A DNA stretch of 20,000 nt, taken from the IMG/VR virus record IMGVR_UViG_3300006137_000106. The stretch is one strand, 5' to 3'. Source of the DNA: an uncultured virus (IMG/VR IMGVR_UViG_3300006137_000106). Lineage: Duplodnaviria; Heunggongvirae; Uroviricota; Caudoviricetes. The notes below the pieces were generated by a model. That model saw only the letters and a list, made by a program, of their open reading frames with translations, did not search any database and had not been told where the DNA came from. Of the stretch, positions 1-8,700 are shown piece by piece. Every line of letters begins with the position of its first letter. The first letter of the stretch is position 1. Position numbers and translations under genes: made by a program.

Positions 1-2
1 AA

Positions 3-257
3 GTGCCTGTTACATCAAATGAAATTAAGATGGTTTTTGGTATCTTGCAAATGACAGCGGAAGAAAGCATCAAAGCAATTGCAGATGTTAAAGAGGAAAA
101 TATTTTGGTACTTCTCTATGCAGCAGACAGCAGAAAAACAGTCAAGAATGCGGCAAAAGAGCAGGCAGATAAATTATTTTCTACAAAAACAGTTTCAAAC
201 GAATCTACAGGCGGTAACGAAGCCATAGGAACCAATACAGAGGGAGTTGATGCCTAA
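3..257 (+). CDS. 3' part of a hypothetical phage protein (5'-truncated by window edge)
   Basis: Open frame from window edge; TAA overlaps ATG of next gene (TAATG). Confidence 0.7.
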   Translation: MPVTSNEIKMVFGILQMTAEESIKAIADVKEENILVLLYAADSRKTVKNAAKEQADKLFSTKTVSNESTGGNEAIGTNTEGVDA

Positions 258-670
258 TGGCAAAAGGTACATACACATATGATCCGGGGAATATTAAGGA
301 ACCTGGAAAGGACCGTATGAGGTTTGAACTTGGTGATGTTATGGTAGAAGGTCTTTCTGACACTACAGCACTAACCGACGAAGAAATCCAAGCAGCAATT
401 GAATCTTATCCAAAATCATGGAAAAGAGCAAAGCTTATGCTGTTAGAAAGTCTATGCCGCCGCTTTGCTTATGAGGTTGATACAAAGACTGGTCCTTTGC
501 AATTATATATGCAAGAAAGAGCAAAGCTGTGGAGAGCAGATTATGATAAACTGAAAAAGGAAGTATCAGCGGAGTCCTGCAATATACCACAGCTTGGAAA
601 TAAGGCATATAATAAACCACCATACTTCTACCTTGGTATGCAGCAGAATGAAAGGGCTAGAAACAAGTGA
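257..670 (+). CDS. Putative head-tail adaptor/connector protein
   Basis: RBS GGGAG upstream; 137 aa with RFELGD...LTDEEI motif reminiscent of phage head-completion proteins; first gene of neck cluster. Confidence 0.6.
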   Translation: MAKGTYTYDPGNIKEPGKDRMRFELGDVMVEGLSDTTALTDEEIQAAIESYPKSWKRAKLMLLESLCRRFAYEVDTKTGPLQLYMQERAKLWRADYDKLKKEVSAESCNIPQLGNKAYNKPPYFYLGMQQNERARNK

Positions 671-1023
671 ACAATGCAAGATTAATGTATATAAGACCAG
701 GGAATCTCTTCAAAGATTTTATCATTGAAGAGAATAAACAGGTTGTGACAAGCACAGGAAGGGTGGCAAATAGCCATAGTGGTGATGGAACAAAAACCTT
801 GAAAGGGTGTCTTGCAGAGGCTTCTGACGAGGATAGGACAAACCATAATCAGAAAGATCATGTTATTACACATACCATTGTACAGGCTGGAAGTCCCAAG
901 GCAAAGCGTACTGACAAATTGGTGCTTGGAGAACGTGTGTTTTACATTGTTGATATTGATGATACTGGTTCTCTTGATATATCAACAATATATTATGCGG
1001 AGGAAAGGCGAGATGCAAAGTGA
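667..1023 (+). CDS. Putative head-closure (stopper) protein
   Basis: 118 aa, GTGA overlap with previous gene; size, beta-rich character and position between adaptor and gp10-like gene. Confidence 0.6.
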   Translation: MNNARLMYIRPGNLFKDFIIEENKQVVTSTGRVANSHSGDGTKTLKGCLAEASDEDRTNHNQKDHVITHTIVQAGSPKAKRTDKLVLGERVFYIVDIDDTGSLDISTIYYAEERRDAK

Positions 1024-1478
1024 AATTATGGACAGATGGAAAAAATGGAAGTGCAGGAAGTGCTATTCGTGCAACGATAAAAGAACAAATATCAGAAGTT
1101 AACCGAAGGGTAATTTCCAGAGGAGTTCGTGCAGTAAATGCAATTAGAAATGCCGAACTAGAAGTGTTAAAAGGGCAGCGGAGTGGAAAAGTTTATAGAA
1201 AACCTTATACAAAACACGCAACATACACAGCATCAGCTCCAGGGGAAGCGCCAGCTAGACGAACAGGCAATCTGCGTATGCATTGGAACGGACAAATAAG
1301 AAGCGAAAGTTCCTCCGACGGAGGAGTTGCAATCATAGCAGAGATTGAAAGCCAAGAGTTATATGCAGGTATTTTGGAGAATGGAACCTATAAAATAGCA
1401 CCTAGACCATTTGTAGATAAAATAAAAGAAAAAGCTATACCAGAAATCCAGAAAATTTACAATGAGCCTTATACATAA
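1020..1478 (+). CDS. HK97 gp10-like neck/tail-completion protein
   Basis: Motifs APARRTGNLR, YAGILENGT..IAPRPF typical of HK97 gp10 family; RBS GGAGGAAAGG. Confidence 0.8.
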   Translation: MKLWTDGKNGSAGSAIRATIKEQISEVNRRVISRGVRAVNAIRNAELEVLKGQRSGKVYRKPYTKHATYTASAPGEAPARRTGNLRMHWNGQIRSESSSDGGVAIIAEIESQELYAGILENGTYKIAPRPFVDKIKEKAIPEIQKIYNEPYT

Positions 1479-1489
1479 GGGGGTAAAAT

Positions 1490-1813
1490 ATGTCATTGAT
1501 AATAGAGAAACCGACAACTGCTTTCGATATGTCTCAAATTAAGCGTGGAGATTTGTTTTGGGGGAAACATTATACATGGAATGAGGGAAAAGCAGGGTTT
1601 GTAACATCAGCAGCAGAGGACCAACTAATTGTGCAGTATTACCCCGGAATTGGAAATGTAACAAACCATTTTATGATTCCTGTGGCTGAGGTAGTAAGCG
1701 GGCAATGGGAAATCAGATGGTCGACTGATATGTCGGAAGTATTTGAGTATGGCATTCAGGCAGACAAAGAACAGCAGGAAACGAAAGGAGATGAGGGAGA
1801 AAGTGAAGCTTGA
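1490..1813 (+). CDS. Hypothetical phage protein
   Basis: RBS AAGGGGGT, 107 aa ORF in operon. Confidence 0.75.
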   Translation: MSLIIEKPTTAFDMSQIKRGDLFWGKHYTWNEGKAGFVTSAAEDQLIVQYYPGIGNVTNHFMIPVAEVVSGQWEIRWSTDMSEVFEYGIQADKEQQETKGDEGESEA

Positions 1814-2678
1814 GGAATTGATTTATAAAAGGTTTATTAATTCAGTGAATCTTGTAAAGCATCTTGCAATATTTTCTGGGGCACCTGCTGTTTTTAGCCC
1901 AGAACCGCCAGAAGAAAGCCAGGAAGGGTGGGGCGGCAATACACAGTATCCAATGATTGTCTACAATTTTGACCTACAGGCAAATGAAGAAAGACACAGT
2001 GCTGGTACATTGTCTGTATCATTATTATGTCAAAACACAACAGAAATCATACCAGAGGCGATTGAACCACTGGTAAGGGACTGCCTGCGAGATGTAGTCT
2101 TAAAGCCAGCAGAAGGCACACCATACTGTTTTACATGGGCGAGGACAGATGCCTTCACTATAGATAGTGAAAAAGGGAATGTAACAATTGGAAGTGAAGT
2201 GCGGTTTGACATTCTGGAATACCCTTCCCAAGAAACATCTGACCCTGATCCAATTATGGCAGTTAATAAGTACATCAAAGAACTATGTCCGGAATGCCTG
2301 ATTATCGGATATGACAGAATGGAAGAGATAACAGAAGCAACAACAGAAAAACCAATAGTTTATTGTAGGCTAGTATCAATAGAGAAATCTACAGAAACGA
2401 ATACAGTTGCTTGGATGGACAGTAGAATTGCTGTCCATATTTTATGTCCAGATAATGAATTGAGAATAAAAATCACAGGAATTATTGCACAAAAAGTATC
2501 TCTTGATGGAGAAATTATTATGCTGGATTACTCGCCTATGTTTGTAAAACACTTGCAGGTAAACTATAAGGCCGACTACTTGAAAGAAGGTCAGATTTTT
2601 GTAACGGGTCATTATGGGCTGCTAAGATACAAAGCAAAAGGGCATACGTTAACAGCCGCCCATACAAAGTATTTATAA
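1803..2678 (+). CDS. Putative tail terminator/tail-completion protein (start re-assigned to GTG 1803, 291 aa)
   Basis: RBS GAGGGAG just before GTG 1803; position directly before sheath; function inferred from synteny. Confidence 0.55.
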   Translation: MKLEELIYKRFINSVNLVKHLAIFSGAPAVFSPEPPEESQEGWGGNTQYPMIVYNFDLQANEERHSAGTLSVSLLCQNTTEIIPEAIEPLVRDCLRDVVLKPAEGTPYCFTWARTDAFTIDSEKGNVTIGSEVRFDILEYPSQETSDPDPIMAVNKYIKELCPECLIIGYDRMEEITEATTEKPIVYCRLVSIEKSTETNTVAWMDSRIAVHILCPDNELRIKITGIIAQKVSLDGEIIMLDYSPMFVKHLQVNYKADYLKEGQIFVTGHYGLLRYKAKGHTLTAAHTKYL

Positions 2679-2689
2679 GGAGGGACCAC

Positions 2690-2929
2690 ATGGCAAAAGA
2701 AACAAAAAATGTAGAAACAATTGAAACTGCACAGAACAGAAGCCCATCTGCAAAAGTTCCAGAGGAATCTGTCTATAAGGTGGAGGAACTTGCAGCAAAT
2801 GCCAAAACTGTATTTGGCACAAGACCAGAGTGTATAACAGCCGCTTTAAAAGAGGGTGGAAAAAAGGAATACACTGTGTCTGAAGCAAAAGTAGTAGTAC
2901 AGAAATTTTTGAAAAAGGAGGTAAAGTAG
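2690..2929 (+). CDS. Small YqzN/YkzM-like phage protein
   Basis: RBS AAGGAGG; 79 aa with YKVEEL...FG.RPE...AAL...YTVSEAK..V.KFLKKEV; this type of gene precedes the sheath in PBSX/skin-like elements. Confidence 0.65.
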   Translation: MAKETKNVETIETAQNRSPSAKVPEESVYKVEELAANAKTVFGTRPECITAALKEGGKKEYTVSEAKVVVQKFLKKEVK

Positions 2930-2930
2930 A

Positions 2931-4340
2931 GTGGCTGGTACATTTATGTTAGGAGAAACAAAGGTGCGCCCTGGTTCCTACTTCAATATTCAGAGGAAAG
3001 GTTCAAACGCGACAGCAGGTATTTTAAATGGAATAACAGCCGTCATCTTCCGAGCAGACTTTGGACCGCTTAATGAAGCGGTAGAATTATCAGTAGAAGA
3101 TGGTTACGAAGGAATATTTGGAATTGGACTTACCACAGATGCGTTAAGGGAAGCATTTGCAGGTGGAGCAAAAACTATTATTGCCTGTCGTGTTGGTAAC
3201 GGAGGCAGACAAGGAACAATTACATTAAAAGACAAAGATGATATGGAGGCTGTCACTATTACAGCAAAATATCCGGGAGATAAGGATTTTACAGTGACAA
3301 TCCGCGAAAAGCTTTCCGATTCTAGCTTAAAAGAGTGTATTGTTTACACAGGTACAACACAGTTTGAAAAGTTGGAATTTGCAGCCGGTGTGGGAGAGGT
3401 AAAGGCTCTTGTGGAGGCTTTTGCTACATCTAAAAATTTCAAGGCTGAGGCAAAAGAGAGAGAAGATGAAAAAATTGTAGCCAATGTGTTACAGAGTGTT
3501 TTCACAAAAGGAACAAATCCAGAAGTGACAAGCGGGGATTATTCCAATGCATTTGCACAAGTGGAACCATTTGAGTACAATACGATTTGTGTTGACACAG
3601 AGGAAACCTCAATCCACATGCTTCTACAGTCTTTTATTAACCGTATTTTTGATGCTGGCTCTCTGACACAGGCAGTTATAGCAGAAAAACAGTCTGTTGA
3701 CTTAGAGACTAGAATTATGCACGCAGCATCTTTCAACGATGAAAAGATAAACTATGTGCTGAATGCAAAGGTTGATGAACAGGGTGTAATTATTGACGGT
3801 TATCAGACAGCGGCAAGGATTGCTGGTATGATTGGCGCATGTGCCTCCAACTCGTCGCTAACGCATACGGTAATTAACGGCTTTTCTGAGTTAAAGGAGA
3901 GTTTGTCTAATACAGATATGATTGCCGCAGAGAAAAAAGGCTGTATTGTACTTAGCTATAATAAGTCAAAGCAAGTGTGGATTGACAATGCAATCAATAC
4001 CCTTATAACTCCAGCAGACAACCAAGATGATGGCTGGAAGAAAATCCGCAGGGTAAAAACCCGTTTCGAGCTGATTCGCAGGATTAACAACACCGCCGAC
4101 GATTTAGTGGGAAAAGTTGATAATGACACAAACGGCAGGCAGACAGTAATTAGCCAGCTACAGGGTGTTGGTGATGACATGAAAGCTGAGGGTAAATTAG
4201 TAGCTTGCACAGTAACGGAGAGTAGTGCCTATTTATCAGATGGAGACAGCGCGTGGTTTGACATTGATGTAATTGATAAAGACAGCATGGAACATATCTA
4301 TCTGACATTTACTTTCCGTTTTAGTACAAGGGAAGAGTAG
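2931..4340 (+). CDS. xkdK: Contractile tail sheath protein (XkdK-like)
   Basis: 469 aa; N-terminal GETKVRPG.Y, C-terminal AINTL...WKKIRRVKT and D.MEHIYLTF; RBS AAGGAGGT. Confidence 0.92.
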   Translation: MAGTFMLGETKVRPGSYFNIQRKGSNATAGILNGITAVIFRADFGPLNEAVELSVEDGYEGIFGIGLTTDALREAFAGGAKTIIACRVGNGGRQGTITLKDKDDMEAVTITAKYPGDKDFTVTIREKLSDSSLKECIVYTGTTQFEKLEFAAGVGEVKALVEAFATSKNFKAEAKEREDEKIVANVLQSVFTKGTNPEVTSGDYSNAFAQVEPFEYNTICVDTEETSIHMLLQSFINRIFDAGSLTQAVIAEKQSVDLETRIMHAASFNDEKINYVLNAKVDEQGVIIDGYQTAARIAGMIGACASNSSLTHTVINGFSELKESLSNTDMIAAEKKGCIVLSYNKSKQVWIDNAINTLITPADNQDDGWKKIRRVKTRFELIRRINNTADDLVGKVDNDTNGRQTVISQLQGVGDDMKAEGKLVACTVTESSAYLSDGDSAWFDIDVIDKDSMEHIYLTFTFRFSTREE

Positions 4341-4351
4341 GAGGATAGCTT

Positions 4352-4813
4352 ATGAGAAATGAAAGAGCAGCAGGTGATTCCAGACATGCAAGAACCGGTA
4401 AAGATGGAGCATTCTACAATAAAGATGGGGTTATGCTTGCAACTGTGGAGCAGTTTACGTCGAATGTTAATTGGAATAATAGTAAATATAATGTGCTTGG
4501 AGATGCACAGGAACATGAGACGGCGAATACTTTTTCTGTTAGTCTTACCATGTCGCAGATTGTAGTAGAAGATGATGAATTTATTGTTGAGCTTATGACC
4601 GCATTGGAGACACAGGTTATGCCAGTATGGGACTTTCAGGGTTCTCTTTTAGGGAGAAATGGATCGGAAGAGCGTGTAATCTATCGAGATTGTATTCCTT
4701 CAGGGCAGGTGGACATTCAGAATGTTTCTGTAGGTGATGTAATTAAGCGCAACTGGAATTTCTTTGTGAACAAGGCGCCGAAGTTACAGACCTTACTTAG
4801 TATCGACAGTTAG
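4352..4813 (+). CDS. xkdM: Tail tube protein (XkdM-like)
   Basis: 153 aa immediately after sheath; RBS AGGAGG; FQG.L...NGSEERVIYRDCIPSG motif. Confidence 0.88.
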   Translation: MRNERAAGDSRHARTGKDGAFYNKDGVMLATVEQFTSNVNWNNSKYNVLGDAQEHETANTFSVSLTMSQIVVEDDEFIVELMTALETQVMPVWDFQGSLLGRNGSEERVIYRDCIPSGQVDIQNVSVGDVIKRNWNFFVNKAPKLQTLLSIDS

Positions 4814-4836
4814 TAAAAATTTAAGTAACAACGATG

Positions 4837-4866
4837 GAGAGTGGCAGGGTGTCACTCTCTTTTATT
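4837..4866 (+). terminator. Rho-independent terminator after tail tube
   Basis: Stem GAGAGTGGCA/TGTCACTCTC (one G:U), loop GGG, followed by TTTTATT. Confidence 0.75.
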
Positions 4867-4976
4867 ATGCGTAGACCTGTGCAGAGGGAATATGCCATTA
4901 AAGTAGTGCACCGGTCGCGCGATAAGTAGGGGAAACAACTTTCCCTACCTTGATTACAGAGTTGGAGGAAAATCAG

Positions 4977-5540
4977 ATGTCAAAAGAATTTGTAAAAGGT
5001 GTAACGAGAAGAGAAAGTGAGCCTGAAGTAGAAAGTACGCAACACATAGGAGAATATGAGACAGATACAAAAGATACTCAAGCATTGATGCGGGCAAATG
5101 AAGAGGATTTTATACAGGGACTGATTGCTGCGGCAAAGTTCGTGTCTGAGGAAACGCAGCGCATTGAGATTATTCGGGATAAGAGGCTGTTCTTTGCATT
5201 CAATATTCGCCCCCTTAGTTCACAGGAATATGAGAAGTGTAAAAGAAAGCATACCAAGTATGTGCGCAATAAGCAGCTTGGAATGAAACTGCCAGAGGAG
5301 ACAGACCGGATTAAATATCAATCTGCGATTATTTATGAGGCGACAGTGGCAGAAGATAGGGCGAAACTGTGGGATAACCGTAAAATATGGGAGGCGCTAA
5401 ACGCTAAAAAAGACCGTATTATGAACGGTTTGGACGTGATTGAATATACACTTAAAGCTGGGGAAAAAGACAGGATTTTGGAAGCAATCGACAAGCTGAG
5501 TGGGTATGAAGACAATCTGGAGGACGTAATAAAAAACTAA
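4977..5540 (+). CDS. xkdN: Tail assembly chaperone (XkdN-like), start at ATG 4977, 187 aa
   Basis: RBS GGAGG at 4964-4968; lies between tube and tape measure; L.AGE...I...I.KLSGY...IKN C-terminus; ends in slippery A AAA AAC. Confidence 0.85.
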   Translation: MSKEFVKGVTRRESEPEVESTQHIGEYETDTKDTQALMRANEEDFIQGLIAAAKFVSEETQRIEIIRDKRLFFAFNIRPLSSQEYEKCKRKHTKYVRNKQLGMKLPEETDRIKYQSAIIYEATVAEDRAKLWDNRKIWEALNAKKDRIMNGLDVIEYTLKAGEKDRILEAIDKLSGYEDNLEDVIKN

Positions 5541-5713
5541 TTTGTGCAGGGGGAAAAACCTGTCTGTTACACCACATTTTTCAGACAACAGGCATTACCC
5601 CTGATGAATTTTATAAAAAGCCAGAAGGCATACAAAAATTTATACTTGCCTCTATGAGAGTAACCGTAGAATCACGAATGAAAGTAGGTGAGGATAATAG
5701 CACAGACACTTAA
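5531..5713 (+). CDS. -1 frameshift extension of the tail chaperone (gpGT-equivalent; adds 58 aa LICAGGKTCLLHHIFQTTGITPDEFYKKPEG...)
   Basis: A AAA AAC at 5531-5537 immediately before stop; -1 frame is open to TAA 5711-5713; absent from ORF track. Confidence 0.8.
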   Translation, partial: KKLICAGGKTCLLHHIFQTTGITPDEFYKKPEGIQKFILASMRVTVESRMKVGEDNSTDT

Positions 5714-8700
5714 AATTGAAATACCAATCGAGACTGTAGATAAGACAGAACCTGAGCTGTCAAATCTGATTCGAAAAATAGGAAAACTAGAGGAGGCAGC
5801 AGAGAAAACAGGAAATTCTTCCAAGAAGGCAGGAGAACAGGTTTCCCAGTTTGACAGACAGGCCCAAAAAACAGAGAAAAGTCTGGCAAGCTGGGCGAAA
5901 GAAAAATATCAAATCTTGCTGGAGGCGAAAGAAAAAATTACTCCAATTATCTCCAAAATCGGAAATGGTCTAAGAAGTTTCGCTGGAAAAACGTGGAGTG
6001 TTACTATGCGAGCCGCTGACTTTATTACTTCACCTGTAAGGGGGATTATAAACCTGTTGAAAAATCCTATTTTTCAAGCTGGGGCAGTTCTTGGAGTCAG
6101 TATAGGATTAAAAGATACAATAGATACCTATAAGGGCTTTGAGGCTGCCATGTCACAGGTGGAAGCTATAAGCGGCGCTACTGGTTCGGAAATGGTAAAA
6201 TTGACCAATAAGGCAAAGGAAATGGGTGCCACAACTAAATTCACGGCTTCCGAATCAGCAGAAGCGTTTAATTACATGGCTATGGCAGGCTGGAAGACAG
6301 AGGATATGCTTGGCGGGATTGAAGGAATCCTCAATCTTGCCGCAGCATCAGGAGAGAGTCTTGGTACAACATCTGACATTGTGACTGATGCATTAACCGC
6401 CTTTGGAATGAAGGCAAGTGAAGCGGGGCATTTTGCTGACGTTATGGCGGTAGCAGCATCGAACTCCAATACAAACGTTTCTTTGATGGGAGAGACCTTT
6501 AAATATGCAGGGGCTATGGCTGGAACACTGAAATATTCTATTGAAGATGTTGCACTGGCAACTGGGTTGATGGCGAATACAGGAGTTAAAGGTAGTATGG
6601 CAGGTACAGCGTTAAATTCTATATTTACTAGACTGTCTACAAATACAAATGGTGCTACTGATGCGCTAAAGAAATTGGGTGTAGAATTTTATAATTCAGA
6701 TAAAACTGCCAGACCACTTAAAGAGGTTATGGATGACTTACGAGCAGCAACAGAAGATTTTAAGCCTGCACAGAAATCAATGATTGCTAATACAATAGCA
6801 GGGACATATGCACAAAAAGGACTGATTGCAATTTTAAATGCGTCTACAGAGGATTATGAAAAGCTGTCTAAGGCTGTAAATAATGCAGATGGAGCTGCTG
6901 CAAATATGGCTGAAATTATGATGGATAATCTGCAGGGTTCGATTAAAATACTGCAGAGCGCCGTGGATGGGGTAAAGCTCTCTTTTGGGGAGAGACTATC
7001 GCCATATGTGAGAAATCTTGCTGAATGGCTTACTGCTCAGATGCCTGTAGTAGAACAGGGATTAAATGAATTTATGGACTGGGTTGACGGGAAAATTGAC
7101 CAGATGCAGAGGAAATTCAATGCGATTGCAGATACAAAGGAGTGGCAAGATGCAGATTTCTTCGGAAAGGTCAAGATAGCTTGGGACGAATTTATTGCTG
7201 AACCATTCTTAGAGTGGTGGAACAGCACTGGCAAAGTAAAATTTGCAGAGTTTGCACAGAGTATTGGTAATGGAATTGGAGCAGGATTAAAGTCTGGCAT
7301 TATGACGCTGTTAGGAATAGATATTAGTGAAACTTTAGATGAAGGGGTAAGTATTGGTGCTGCATTTGCAAAAGGATTTTCACAAGGATTTGATTTTGAT
7401 TCAATTTCAGGAGGCTTATGGCAGGGATTTAAAAGTATGGTTTCCAGTGCAGGGAAGCTGCTGCCAGGTGGCGAGTCAGCAGGTTTATCCTCTATTTTAT
7501 CAGCGGTTATGCTTAGTAAGATTGCCGCCCCGTTTATTGGTATGGGAAGAGGAGCGACAAGTCTTGGAAAAGGGCTGTTTGGAATAAATCCAGAAACGGG
7601 AACCTCACTTATGGGTTCTTTTCTAGGATCAGCAGCGTCAGGTACAGGGTTGCTCGGAAAGTCTGCTATGCTGGCAATCAATTTAGGAGCCGGGAACTTG
7701 GCGGGCGGTGCATCCATGAGTACCGGAGCATTGGCGGCGACCGGATTGGGAGCTGGTATTGGTACGGTTGCGGCAGGCGCTACACTAATAAGTAGTGCGC
7801 TGGACGCATACAAGGCAATTAAATCAGACAATAAGGAAGAATCGAAAGCCTATGGAGAATCAGCAGCATGGAAAGCCGGAGGAGTTGCGGCAGGTGCTGC
7901 AACCGGTGCAGCGATAGGCACTATTATTCCTATTCCTGGAATTAGCACAGCGGTAGGTGCTTTAATTGGTGCTGGTGTTGGCGGTATTACCGGTTGGATT
8001 AAGGGAAACAAGATAAAGGAAGAATACCAGGAAAATGTAGAGGAAATGCAAAAGGAAGCGGAAAAGGCACAGAAAGTCTTTCAAGCTACGGGATTGGCAA
8101 TTGAAGATGTTAAATTTAAGAATGAAGCATTGACGCAGGCTATGAATGATGCAGGGGTTTCTGCTTCCCAGTTCGCGGTAATGTTTCAGGAAGAATGTGC
8201 GAATGTGGCTAAGAGAGCTTTTGGGGATATTTCCTTGTCTTTAAAAGAAGTAAAGAAAGTTGCAAGCGAAATCACCTTTGCCGGAATGGCAAAGGAATTA
8301 GATGAGTTTGCAAATGTAGTGGCTAATACAGAAGAGGGGTTTAATAACCTAAAATCTTCTGTAACAAATCTGAAAAAGGAAAACTGGAAGGTAGGTCTTG
8401 GAATGGAGCTGTCTGAAACAGATAAGGACAGTTACAGGGGTGCAGTTGAAAACTTCCTAAGCACAAGCCAGGATTTCATTGATAATAACCATTACCAAGC
8501 AACAGTTGCTTTGAAACTGCTGACAGGAGAAGAGGCAGATACTACCAATCTGGATAGTTACTATGGCTGCTTGAAAAGCCAGCTTGAGGATTTAGGTACA
8601 AAACTAGCGGATTCCATGAATGCTGCTTTGGAGGATAGTATAATTACTCCAGACGAAGCCATAGATATTGAAAACAGGCAAAATCAAATTTCAGATATTA

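Noticed and set aside
7037..7831. 264-aa antisense ORF
   Set aside because: Shadow of the Gly/Ala-rich tape-measure frame; no RBS or recognisable motifs. The same applies to the other short antisense ORFs in the track
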